Part shown: in pieces, positions 15,301 through 26,134 of the stretch
How positions within the stretch are numbered: position 1 is the first letter of the stretch
Layout of the letters: every line of letters starts with the position of its first letter
Program-made: the position numbers and the translations under genes
The notes under the pieces: generated by a model
Told to the model about the DNA's origin: nothing
Databases searched by the model: none
What the model saw: the letters and a program-made list of their open reading frames with translations, nothing else
Assembly: GCF_026571515.1 (NCBI RefSeq)
Contig: NW_026862940.1
Location: 1-64,000 of the forward strand
Source: Ruditapes philippinarum
Lineage: Eukaryota
Direction: 5' to 3'
Length of the DNA stretch: 64,000 nt

Positions 15301-15426
15301 AAAAATCAAGCCAATTCTAGAACCAGTCAAGTTCAGCAGAAAACCAGTCTTGGAAACAAGCTTCTGAGTGAAGAGGAGGAATCGTTAGAGGAGAGCAAAA
15401 TTCTTGAAGACATTTTCTTTCTATGA
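393..15426 (+). CDS. KIAA1328: Hinderin (KIAA1328) homolog, 13 coding exons, 816 aa
   Basis: Phase-consistent GT-AG exons: 393-447, 1643-1678, 2151-2291, 3093-3205, 3738-3841, 4876-4991, 5287-5393, 6785-7000, 9168-10128, 12847-13012, 13614-13742, 14621-14754, 15254-15426 (2451 nt). The translation has MADKTNRPKSDDVYWS..YIPGLSAPGN, the core [30 protein letters not shown]..coiled coil, and the C-terminus LEESKILEDIFFL*. These match vertebrate hinderin motifs as I recall them ([32 protein letters not shown]). Confidence 0.92.
2338..2620 (+). repeat. Interspersed repeat (probable TTAA-type DNA transposon fragment); second copy at about 56948-57215
   Basis: Shared TATACTATGCTCAAATGT..TTTTAGAAAA..AAATAAACATGTTT.GACTTC..CACAATATGAAT.ATATAGTGT. 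Confidence 0.7.
3876..4141. mobile_element. MITE with about 30-bp imperfect TIRs
   Basis: GTAGCCTTACTGTAATGCTT..AAGCATTACAGCAAGACATAC; TTAA on the left flank. Confidence 0.6.
4490..4705. repeat. Degenerate about 45-bp minisatellite (ATTGGACACTACTCTGGCTAATATAGGAAAT)
   Basis: 4-5 diverged tandem units in hinderin intron 5. Confidence 0.7.
5528..6670. repeat. Complex C-poor minisatellite in hinderin intron 7
   Basis: Reiterated ATATGGTGTGAAATATGGTAGGATATATG(A/G)TATATAGTAG(A/G) units. This is the source of the spurious Y/H/I-rich minus-strand ORFs. Confidence 0.95.
7885..8823 (+). mobile_element. Helentron-associated non-autonomous element (HINE/DINE-1-like) with about 172-bp tandem core
   Basis: Subterminal inverted repeats AACCAGGTTTTC / GAAAACCTGGTT, (GGCG)-like microsatellite, about 4 tandem units, 3' hairpin CATGGCATTGCCATG, T-rich ends. 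Confidence 0.8.
10531..10976. mobile_element. PIF/Harbinger-type MITE
   Basis: TIR GCCCCGTGTTCAC..GTGAACACGGGGC, 3-bp TSD CAG, subterminal GGATCA/TGATCC repeats. Confidence 0.8.
11085..11240 (-). mobile_element. tRNA-derived SINE sharing the CAGTACTGGTTGGTTCCAGGAA body
   Basis: Minus strand GGGAAGCGATGGCCTAATGGTTAAGG..GGGTTTGAGCCC..CCAGTACTGGTTGGTTCCAGGAAATGGATTCG. Confidence 0.7.
11718..11732 (+). CDS. Candidate 15-nt alternative microexon of hinderin (adds AYGYV)
   Basis: Long U-rich tract, then TAG|CGTACGGATATGTTG|GTATGC. Phase 1/1 matches the host intron and the frame has no stop. TGCATG at 11665 and 11791. Confidence 0.5.
12445..12592. repeat. About 30-bp minisatellite (AATTCAGCCATTTGTAAAAAAAATCATTGT, about 5 copies)
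   Basis: Visible tandem units in hinderin intron 9. Confidence 0.85.
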
Positions 15427-15967
15427 TTCTGTTACTATAAATAGTCTATACTTACTGTGATATTATTCTTTTTCTCACCTGAAATAGTCTGTATTGTTTT
15501 GTAATGGACTTGAATGTCAAACTTTAAATATATGTCATCAGGGCTAATGTGGGTTCTTCCAATCTTATTCCGTGGGTACGAACAAATTATAACTTTTATG
15601 GCGTCATGGTGCAAGAATGACCATTGCATTGCACTTGTTATCAATTTAATTATTATTTACTAATTTGAACATGTAAAAGTTTGTAACCCATGCTTGCCAA
15701 GTTCCGGAGTATCTTTATTATGATCTGTTGTTAATCACTTACAAGGCAGCCAGCAATAAAACCTTGTCATGTAGATGTTCTGCCAGGTTTGTGGGTTAGT
15801 CCAGCCTTATTACGGCTAGCATTAAGAAGGCCTAGTTTTGTATAATTCCTGTATACTATGTTAGTATGAATTTTTGTATTGGGGATTATTTGTATACTTT
15901 TTTTGAAAAAAAAAGGACCAAAAAACTTTCATACTTAAAATTTTTTATGTAATTTTATCCATTAAGA

Positions 15968-16117
15968 CACAGGAGCTTGAAATTCTATCAATAATCGCTC
16001 AAAAGCTTGATTTAAAAAAAAATCCATACCTATATATAAAATTTTTATGTATAGGTATGGATTTTTTTTTTAAATCGGACTTTTGAGCGATTGTTGATAG
16101 AATTTCAAGCTCCTGTG
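15968..16117. mobile_element. 150-bp foldback MITE, P-element-like (CA..TG termini, 7-bp TSD)
   Basis: Near-perfect palindrome CACAGGAGCTTGAAATTCTATCAA..TTGATAGAATTTCAAGCTCCTGTG, flanked by ATTAAGA on both sides. Confidence 0.88.
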
Positions 16118-17828
16118 ATTAAGACTAGCTTCAGACAACCATGTCCGTAACATAAATGGCAGTAATTTGTTAACTTATATGAGGTCATCTTGTTTAAGCA
16201 AGTGTCTTAATATGCGACTTTATAATCCTTAAATGGACTTGTCCATCTTTATACAATAACTCTTTTATCATATTTTGGGATATTTTCAAAATATGTACTG
16301 GCTGTGTAGCTGACAGTTCTGACTATTGTCATACACGTTCGACCTGTATTTAAAATGTCATTAAAACATTAAAGCTGCATGCCTCCAGATTCATTCTAAC
16401 TTTCACAAAAATTCTGAAAATTTATTTTAAAGTAAAATATTGTAAAGGGGAACAAATAAAGTAATTTACACATTGCAAAGCACTCAAATTACTAAAAAGA
16501 TCAAAATATGAAAAATTACTCTTGTGTCACTAAGTAAACTTAGTCACACAGTAGAAATATAGTGACAAATAATGAAAATTCAGTTATTAATTGCACATAA
16601 ATTGAAAGACATTACTTGAATTGGGAATATTTTTTATTCCTTTGAAATTCTTAAAACCTTGGTACAATTTTCTCTCAAGATTTTCTTGAAATATTTTGGG
16701 TCATATGGAAGTATATATAACAATGTAAAATTAAATGTTCCAAATGTATGAGTAAGTTTCTTGTTTTTGATAGAAGAACACATATGTGCATCTTTCAACA
16801 CATATGTGTTAAGATTGAAACTTTTGGGAATTTTTTCTTTTACCTTCTGTGGTAAAAAAGTCAAAGTTGCTATTGAAACAATATGTTAAACATTAAATCT
16901 GCTGCTAACTTCTAAAGTTACTGTAAAACTCCCACCTCTTAGATGACTACAAATTCTCTGTTATAAAACATAAAGATAAATGGAAGAACAATATGGTAGA
17001 CACTAAAGTATCCCTTTAGCGAGGACATCCCCCATCTTTTCACTGTACAAATTACTTTTACGTTTTGTGCTATTATATTGCATTTACAATGTATTATGAA
17101 AATCATACTCTTCTGTAATAATCATTACTGTTTCTCACTTTTGTTAGTATACAATAATCTGTGTTATATATTCTAAAGTTTATTTTTTTTGCAATAAATA
17201 TGTGAATATTGTGCAGACTTTTGTTGTTTTTTTTACTCAGCCATGAGTTCTGCGTTAAAAGTGTATAAAGATATATCTCTGCTGCCGACAGTTTACACAT
17301 TTTTATTTCAATTTCTAAACAAACAAAAAAAAACAAATCCGAAATGCTGGTATGAAAGAAATTTGTTTCACAGGGAAAGGCTAGATTGTGTCTTTTCATT
17401 GGTTTTTAGCATCTACTGTAAATCCTTTTAGTGTGGTAAATGAGGTATGAAATAAGAACTGCCGGTAAGACAATGTGCTCAACTTCTCAGTGCTTGACAG
17501 TAAGGAAAGGGATGTAACTCTGTAAAAAGGGTAATTCAGAGTTATGGAACCTGTACCCTTTATGTAAGATTATCACAAAGAATAAATGTGTGAAGTTTCA
17601 ACCCATTCCTTTCAGCAGTTTTAGAGATACCTACTTGCACAATTAAACTTAACCAAAATGTTACCCCGACACCAAAGCCAGGGTGAGAAAAATAGCTCTC
17701 CCTATTCTTTTTATAGTCGGGCTAAAAATAGAAACAAAGATTGAACAGTCAAATCAAACATAATATTAATTGCTTCAATTTTTATTCATTTTATATAAAA
17801 ACAAAATAAAATATGTCACCAGACACTG

Positions 17829-20800
17829 TCACTTTAAAGTATTGTTTAAATATTGCACAAACATATTTCCTATTTTCGAGATATCGTCTACAGGATGCAT
17901 TTTAGTATATGTAATAAACTGTCGTCTGCTACGCTGAAGTTCAGCCAGTGTAAACGGTCGGCAGAGATTTAACTGAGGTTTTGGTTAAGGATCATAATTT
18001 AAAGTACATGACCACTTTAAAGCAGCATTGCCTCCCAGATTCATGCAAATTTTCATGAAAATTTTGAAAATGTATTTAAAAGTGAAATATTGTAAAGTGA
18101 ACAAAGATATGAATTTTACACAAATTAATCTCTTCTTACAATCTGTGTAACTTACCAAAAATATGCAAAAATAGCCCTTACTGCGTAAGTAACGCAGTAG
18201 AAATAATTTTATGGTGATAATTACTGAAAAAAAATCACACATAAAATGTTTATTATTACTTGAATGTGGAATCTTTTTACTTTTTCTTAAAATCTAAGTA
18301 CATTTTTCTCAAATTTAATTTTCTTCAAATGTATTGGCTTATCTGCAGCTTTAAAGTTGTCATGACAACAAAAACAATGGTTATGTAGCAATAGCAGTTT
18401 TTTTTTCTTTGAAAAGGTTGAGCTAAAAATAAGATTCCCTCAACAAAAAGAAAAGACATAAAAAAAAAATATTTATTAAAATACATGGATCCATGAAATT
18501 TATGTAACAAACTTAAAGAATATTAGCTGTCATCCATACATGTAATCTAATATTGCATGATATTCACTAAAAAAAAAAAAACCTATTTATATTTATTTTT
18601 TTGTCCAACTAGAATCGTTGAGACGGACCATATGCTCCACTATTCTTGACACACCATAACATAACATGGACCAGGAGTCGGGCAGCAACATCTTTTGTCC
18701 ATACTGCCAAGTTGTCTTAAAACCTGTACTGACAAGTGATTTTTTTTCTGAATTTAGACAAGTTAACAATTTTTCTTCCAAAAATGATTCAGATAAAAGG
18801 GACATACGGGTCAAAATCAAATTTTTGCCAGCCCTGCTGAACACGACCATGACATTGAAGGAACAATTCATAGAAAAATCATGGGTTTTGACCCATTATC
18901 AATTTTCCATGACCACTGTTAAGATTTGTGCCACAGTGTGCAGTCTGATCAGGATCTATGCTGTTCGCTTACAGACCCAATAACAAGTAAAGAAACTGAT
19001 AGCGAACAGCATGGATCCTTATCAGACTGCGCGGATGCGGAGGCTAGTCTGGATCCATGATGGTCGCAAACCCATTATATTGGTTTTGTCTTGACGCGGC
19101 TCATTTATTCTTCAGTGTCAATGACCAATGTAAGGTTATGTGTGATGTTTCCAATGAATACCATGAGCAGTTATGTCAACACAAATGACCAGTAGGTCTA
19201 GGATAACCCATTTATTCTTCAGAATGCCAAAGATAAACGGCAAATGTAGAACATTGTATATAAAGGATACTTTATCTGTAGAACTAGGTATATTGATTTT
19301 GTCTCCAGGTACAAATGTTTTTAATGCAGCTATTATCACTTGTACTATTTCTGTGGTAACTCTGTCTAACTCATACAGGAAGTTAGTCGATGACAGGGGT
19401 TGCTGTAAAAAAAGAGTTTTTAAAAATGACATTACATAACTAATCTGAAAACAAAAACTTGTTCATTTTAGTAGACCTGATTTTAACCTAAGCATTAAAT
19501 GCTGAAATTTAATCTTTTGGATATTACATTTGATCATAAAAAAATTAGTATACATTGTACGTATGTATGTAGTTCATTGTATTAATTTTCAACATTAGAC
19601 ATTCATTTTATACTGTTAATTTTCAAGTGTCAAATACAGCATCCTTTATTGTAAACGTCTGTTTGCCATGTTATTGTCATTTTTTTTAATATTTATCATA
19701 GTAAATTAAGAAGTTGAAGAAAGTGTAACATGTTTTGATAAACTGTGCAGGTTTATGAAACTTTTCTATCATAACTACATGTTGGTACTAACTTACTTAA
19801 AGTGAATAGGTCTATAATGGAAGGTCTGTAATACAATAAATGATAAATTTATGTTGATAGCTTGATAGTTCTAATGCATTTAGTATCATACATAACAAAC
19901 CATGCGAGAATTATATAGGAATGTTCCTAACAAGTACAAGATATGCAATCCAAAGTTGCACATACATTGCATTTATAAAGCCGATAATACAAGAAGGAAA
20001 TATCATTATTCATAAAAAAAATGATCAAAATAAATCACCAATCCACTTTAACAATAATCATACATGTATATGAGAATAAATTGTTTTATATTGACTTACG
20101 GGTAATGTTGAAGCATTTTGTGGCGGGGGTTTACGTTTCAGTAACGTATCTGATATTGCCTCTAATGGTAATGTATCGTCTTTCTGTACAATAAACAGTG
20201 GAGAGTCCCATCTGTTAGAGCCATTCGGTTCCTCAAATCTCATCACTAGCCCATCAAAACTGTCGACAGAAATTTAATAAGATAATGAATTGACATAACA
20301 AGGTAATCGAAAATCTGCACCTATCAAAATAAGCAATTAAATGTGCTGTCAAAATTTGCTTAGCATGTGAATTACAAAGGATGCTAGGATATTTACATAC
20401 ACTTATCCTCTTCATCTATGAATTTTGGCAGCGTGGCCGAGTGGTTAACGTGTCAGACTAATAATCTAAGGATTGCTAGCCGCATGGGTTCAAACCCCAT
20501 CCGTGGCAAGCCGTTGTTTCCTTGAGCATGAATCTTTAAATTCATTGATCAGTACTGGTTGGTTCCAGGAACAGATTTAAGAGTGTTTCAATATGCTTAT
20601 AGCTTCCAACACAATGGAACTAAAAAAATAAATTTGTATAAACTAATGAATTTCTAATATGGACTTGTACAACGTCCATTTTTGGACATGTTCATTATCA
20701 GTTTTTAGTATTAATTATTATATGAAAATTTATGCAGTTAGGCAGCCAATAAAATTAAGCCTGGTTAGACTTAATTGATAGATCCCTACTCTGACCTTTC

Positions 20801-23800
20801 ATTTGAATAACAATAAATTTACCAACAAACATTGGCACGTATTATTTTGTTACCAAATATGTTGTGGTGAAATTTTTACTGTAACCCATTAATTATTATT
20901 AGACAGGTTAGGGATCTATGTATAAGTTAATGTTAACATTTGGGTAAAATTTGGTTTGTTTCCCAGACAGTGCAGGTCACTTTCGTTGTGATTGATCATG
21001 AAATCTTTTCTACCGTCATTCTACTGTACCTCTGCTCTGGTATGTACAGAAGTTTCAGTCCCTTACGAAAGTGAAGGCAACTAATACTGGTAAACTGCCT
21101 GACAGCCTGCCCAGGAACGATGCGTTGGCTGAACTGAGCTCTGGTAAATTCAATGTGGCTTACTGCCGTGATCCGGAGTGAAAACTATTAACACCAACAC
21201 CACCATTGTAAAATGACAAAAGAAAACATAAATCCAGCAACTCTTATCTTCTTTTGTTTTTATTTTTTTATAACTGAAACATAACAGGGATAATGAAGGC
21301 TTTTCTTACTTCTAAATTCTTGCAAGGTTAAAGGGCATTTCAGCATGAAATTGCCTTACTTTGACCGACATATTTTAACTATAATACCTTTTTTTATATA
21401 CTGTTACTTACATTTCCTGAGAATACTGTTCAGATGGGTCTCTTTGGAGATTCCATTGTGAAGCTGTAACTGAATCTGTGTTACAATGTATCTGTGAAAA
21501 AAAAGAAAATACATATTGCTCTGTGTTACAATGTATCTGTGAAAAAAAAACATTGCTCTGTGTTACAATGTATCTGTGAAAAAAAAACATTGCTCTGTGT
21601 TACAATGTATCTGTGAAAAAAGAAAATACATATTGCTCTGTGTTACAGTATATCTGTGAAAAAAAAACAACAAAAAAACAGAAACATATTGCTCTGTGTT
21701 ACAGTGTACAGTATCTATCAATTATAAATGTGAATACTACCGTGTGCTTCAGAGTATAACGTAAAACTTAACATAGTGGGACTTTTGACATACATGTAAT
21801 ATACAGACTCAAGTACTAGTGTAATAAATTTCGAGGGTTTGGTGCAAAAGGTAACTCTAATGACAAAAATAAGAAGTTACAACCCTTTCACACCAAGCAG
21901 TCGTATTACTACCACTTAAATTGTAACACTCACTCTGTGTTATAGAGTCTATGTAAAGTATAATTATTTCCATGTGGTGTTACAGTATTGTACATCATAC
22001 CAGTGAAGTGATCAGTAGAGTTGCACAGACCTTGCTTTATTCACATATCTGGAATGATTGATCCTTATTGTAAACATAAAGATATACTTCACTTTGAACA
22101 TCAAAATTTTATCCCCAAAAATAATCTTTTGAGACTGAGACACAGTGACAACTGTCCTTGTTTAAAGAGATTAAAAGTTCTTTGGTATCACCAAAATTTC
22201 TGATAATCAGTCTATTCGGATCAAATTTCTATAAAATATTTCAACCAGTACTGACAACCATTGACCACTTAAGGAATGTTTTAAAGCCAGGTTAAAATAA
22301 AACAACAACAAAAACAATCAGACTGTTTCTTACTGCCAACCTTGGTGTGCATATAAGTTTAAAGTGACCTTGACCTATAAGAAACTAGAACTGCCACTAT
22401 CATGGCGTGAATACCCCCGCATACCACTTTGTCAGAATCAACAGTGGCCATTTATAGCTCAAGGACAACCTCCCTGCCAAATCTGAGGTTACTAAGCCAG
22501 TGCATTGCTAAGTTATGTATTCTTCATGCTTCAAATGTGAAAATGTCAAAATCAATACATTGCGGACAGAACATTCTTTAGCAATTGAGAAGAAAAGCTT
22601 CTCTTTTTGTCAAGGTACCTGTGACCTTGACCTTTGACCCAGTGACCTCAAAATCAATAGGGGTCACCTTATAGTCATGATCAACATCCATGCCAAATAT
22701 AAAGACTGTGGGTCAAAGGAATCTTAAGTTAATGGGTGGACAAACTTTTTGAAGTCAAAGTCCCTATGACCTTGACCTTTGATCCAGTGACCTCAAAATC
22801 AAAAGGGGTCATCTACTAATCATGACTAACCTCCATTCCAAATATGAAGACTGTGGGTCATAGGAATCTTAATTTATTGGGCGGACAAGCTTTTTGAAGT
22901 CAAGGCCCCTGTGACCTTGACCTTTGACCTGGTGACCTCAAAGTCAATAGGGGTCATCTACTAATCATGACTAGCCTCCATGCCAAATATGAAGACTGTG
23001 GGTCAAAGGAATCTTAAGTTATTGGTCGGACAAGCTTTTTGAAGTCAAGGCCCCTGTGACCTTGACCTTTGACCTGGTGACCTCAAAGTCAATAGGGGTC
23101 ATCTACTAATCATGACTAACCTCAATGCCAAATATGAAGACTATGGGTCAAAGGAATCTTAAGTTATTTGGCGGACAAGCTTTTTTAAGTCAAGGCCCCT
23201 GTGACCTTGACCTTTGACCTGGTGACCTAAAAATCAATAGGGGTCATCTACTAATCATGACTAACCTCAATGCCAAATATGAAGACTATGGGTCAAAGGA
23301 ATCTTAAGTTATTGGGCGGACAAGCTTTTTGAAGTCAAGGCCCCTGTGACCTTGACCTTTGACCTGGTGACCTCAAAATCAATAGGGGTCATCTACTAAT
23401 CACGACTTACCTCCATGCCAAATATGAAGACTGTGGGTCAAAGGAATCTTTAAGTTATTGGGCGGACAAGCTTTTTTGAAGTCAAGGCCCCTGTGACCTT
23501 TGACCTTTGACCTGGTGACCTCAAAATCAATAGGGGTCATCTACTAATCATGACTAACCTCCATGCCAAATATGAAAACTGTAGGTCAAAGGAATCTTAA
23601 GTTATTGGGCGGACAAGCTTTTTTAGTCAAGGGCCCTGTGACCTTGACCTTTGACCTCAAAATCAATAGGGGTCATCTACTAATCATGACTAACCTCCAT
23701 GCCATGAAGACTAAGGGTCAAAGGAATCTTAAGTTATTGGGCGGACAAGAAAAAACCGACGGACGGCCGGACAAGCTGATTCCAGGATACCCCCCTTACA

Positions 23801-26053
23801 ACTTTGTTGTGCGGGGGTATAAATATGCTATCCGTTTGAACGGCGACCTAATAACCATGTTAAACTTTTAAACAACTGTACAAATAAAATCCTTAGATTT
23901 TCAACATTGACTTTGTTTCTTTATGACAGAATACAACATTTTGTTGTTATTTTGTTGAACTCAAAATTATACATTTCCAATAATTATATCAGAAAAGTAT
24001 CAAAGACTTTTTTCGTTAATTGACAAAGACAACAAACAGTGTGCAATCAATTTTTAAAGGTTTAACTCCTCTTTAAGTCCCATCATTGTATGTGCTTTTT
24101 ATTTTATAAAGTTTTATCATTTTCATATCAATCTTCAACTGTTTTAGTTATTATTTAATAAAGTTGTTGTATTTTGTGTATGATATGTAATGTGTATAAT
24201 AAAGTGAACACACAAACACAATTTTTTTTTCCATTATAGATGTTTATTATAGATCTAAATACATAATGTTTAGATACCCGTGAATAAGCATATCATTTAA
24301 TGATGAATGATGAAATTCCATATACTGGCAAATTCGATATACTGACATATCCTTTGGGAACCAACAGTGTCATTGTAATGAGTCCTAACTGTACATGTAG
24401 TAACTATTTTCCATTATCGTTGCACCGTATTCCAGCATATCAGAAAAAATTACATTGTTGAGTAAAACTAAAATACAAAGAAATTGTTTTATCTTGTTAT
24501 AAAACACTACAGTAATATTTAGAATCAATTTAATACTTTTCCTCCTCTTGGTCAAAAACTAATCTCGGTTATCGGTTATTGAAATTTCTAACCCGTTTTC
24601 GGCTAAAAACTGACTGTACCCGGTTTAATGGATTAACATGACACCCCTAGTATTCATAAGGGTGTTCACTAGCCATGAAATCCTGAGGGTCATTTTGACT
24701 AAGTTTTACTGACTACAAGGCCAAATCCCCATGATTTTAACAAAATTTGACCCTCAAGTTATAATCCTGAGGGTCAAATCAGGCCTTTTGGAAATTTGAA
24801 GGATCAAAGAGTCATTTCAAGGGTCAAATGGACACCCTGATTCAAACTGTATACTTACCAAACATTGTGTGGTTTGTGACTCCTTTGTAACACAATATAA
24901 CTCATATCGAAAACCTGAAATTAAAAGAGAAAATTTATAAAAAAATAAATATTATATCATAATATTATCAATAATAGGTAAATTAACTCATAAATTAAAC
25001 TAAATAAACTCATATATTGATATATGCTAAAAATATTATGTCATAATTATAAAAAATATTAAAAATTATGAAACCAGTTACAAAGATAAAATAAATTGGA
25101 AGTACCCGCTGTACCTACATGTATTTGAGCTTGTGCAATATTGTTATCAACTTTCACCCGCAAATATTGACCTAATGATTAACTGAACAATTGAAGAATA
25201 GCCAAAGCCATCAACAGAATTTTGGCACTTCAAACTTTTTAAAGTTTCTATACCAACCTTTTATATAATTCAAAGAGTCTAAAATTGTGATGCTGTCTTT
25301 ATCCAAACACCTGTAAAATAATTTTTCATAGAATATATGCATTTGCAATCATGAAATGAAAAATCAAAATTGAAAAATAAGTTTGCTTTAATTTTAAAAT
25401 TTCAAATGATAAACAAACCAGTACCAATTTAGATTTGATAAATTAACAGTCAAAAATGCATGTATGAGGCTCAAACCCTTAATTACTCATTTGATAATTG
25501 ACTCCACTTTTATAGTAACTGAATCCAACTTTCAAGCAATTCATAACTTCTTAACAATATATGAATGTTTTATACCTTTGTACAGATGATTTCAAATTTC
25601 CTCTCACAATCTTTTCTTTCTTGGAATCTGGAAAAGGTCAAAGATTGCATTTTTAATGACAATTAATAATTTAATTAACTCAAACCAACAGTTCATGAAC
25701 AACAGATTTATTAGACCAATCTGCAGTTTTTCCACACTGTTTTACATTGTGTTACCCGTCTGATACATTTATCAATGAAAAGTCATGGTGAGTCAACGAT
25801 TTTGTCACAAAGGTAAAGTAAGTCAATTAAAATGATGCCAATCTACAAAGCTTCACTTTTGTTTACCTCACCCCACCCACTTTTTTAAAATTACACACTC
25901 ACCGTCGTAAGTTTCATTTCGATTGACACCTATCGTGTGATCACTAATAACAGTCACTTTCTTTTGACACTCATTAGAAAAGTACTTTTCAAGTTCGTTT
26001 GCTCTTTTTGACTTTCCGCTGGACGGAAAACCGCACATAAGTATTAACGGCAT
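17829..26053 (-). CDS. KTI12: KTI12 (Elongator-associated P-loop ATPase, PSTK-like), 8 exons, 275 aa
   Basis: Minus-strand exons: 26053-25903, 25627-25576, 25310-25258, 24914-24859, 21491-21412, 20259-20100, 19402-19271, 17972-17829 (828 nt). Motifs MPLILMCGFPSSGKS (Walker A), ILDSLNYIKGFRYELYC, MRFEEPNGSNRWDSPLF, NFLYELDRVT, LAELQRSRRQFITYTK. Confidence 0.96.
17973..19270 (-). other. U12-type (minor spliceosome) GT-AG intron, last intron of KTI12
   Basis: 5' splice site GTATCCTTT (19270-19262). Branch site ATCCTTAAC (17992-17984), ending 11 nt from the 3' splice junction. No polypyrimidine tract. Confidence 0.9.
18021..18350. mobile_element. Kolobok-type MITE inside the U12 intron; related partial copies at about 16374-16700 and 43895-44090
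   Basis: TTAA-AGCAGCA..TGCAGCT-TTAA; shares CCTCC(C)AGATTC..AAAGT(G/A)AAATATTGTAAAG with the other copies. Confidence 0.7.
20427..20645 (+). mobile_element. tRNA(Ser-like)-derived SINE
   Basis: A box TGGCCGAGTGG, B box GGTTCAAACCC, body CCTTGAGCA..CAGTACTGGTTGGTTCCAGGAAC, candidate TSD ATGAATTT. Confidence 0.8.
20965..21195 (+). mobile_element. SINE body of a third family; second copy at about 47770-47935
   Basis: Shared GTGCAGGTCAC..CGTTGT..TTGATCATGAAATC.TTTCTAC..CATTC..CTGCTCTGG..TACTGGT..ACAGCCTGCCCAG. Confidence 0.65.
21476..21710 (-). repeat. Tandem duplication (37-45-bp units) of the KTI12 exon 5 splice acceptor plus the first 16 exon nt
   Basis: Minus strand (T)nCACAG|ATACATTGTAACACAG repeated, with the AG junctions at 21492, 21537, 21574, 21611 and 21654. 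Confidence 0.92.
22381..23823 (-). mobile_element. HINE-like element with 145-bp satellite core (about 8 copies) in KTI12 intron 4
   Basis: Subterminal inverted repeats ATACCCCCGC / GCGGGGGTAT, (GACG) microsatellite, and a 145-bp unit (starts at 22911, 23056, 23201, 23346). Confidence 0.85.
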
Positions 26054-26054
26054 T

Positions 26055-26090
26055 TCAGAAACTATTGCAAGAAGCCATTTTACCGGAAGT
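26055..26090 (-). promoter_or_regulatory. KTI12 proximal promoter/leader: ETS motif, YY1-like motif and 7-codon uORF
   Basis: CCGGAAGT at 26083-26090. On the minus strand AAAATGGC opens ATG GCT TCT TGC AAT AGT TTC TGA (26078-26055), which ends 1 nt before the main ATG. Confidence 0.45.
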
Positions 26091-26134
26091 TAAAATTTAG
26101 ACTGGCATCCGTTACTGAATGACCATTAAAAGCC

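Noticed and set aside
18593-18983. Overlapping 92-aa and 105-aa ORFs in the KTI12 last intron
   Set aside because: No recognisable domain; they overlap DNA-transposon fragments (CAGGGCTGGC end and Sola-like MITE).
20427-20510. tRNA-Ser-like cloverleaf
   Set aside because: The acceptor and D stems pair poorly, the anticodon loop is altered, and the sequence runs into a SINE body with a TSD. It is a SINE head, not a tRNA gene.
21476-21710. CRISPR-like short repeat spacing
   Set aside because: Eukaryotic intron, no unique spacers, no cas genes. It is a duplicated splice junction.
23563-23871. 102-aa ORF with internal repeat
   Set aside because: Translation of the 145-bp satellite.
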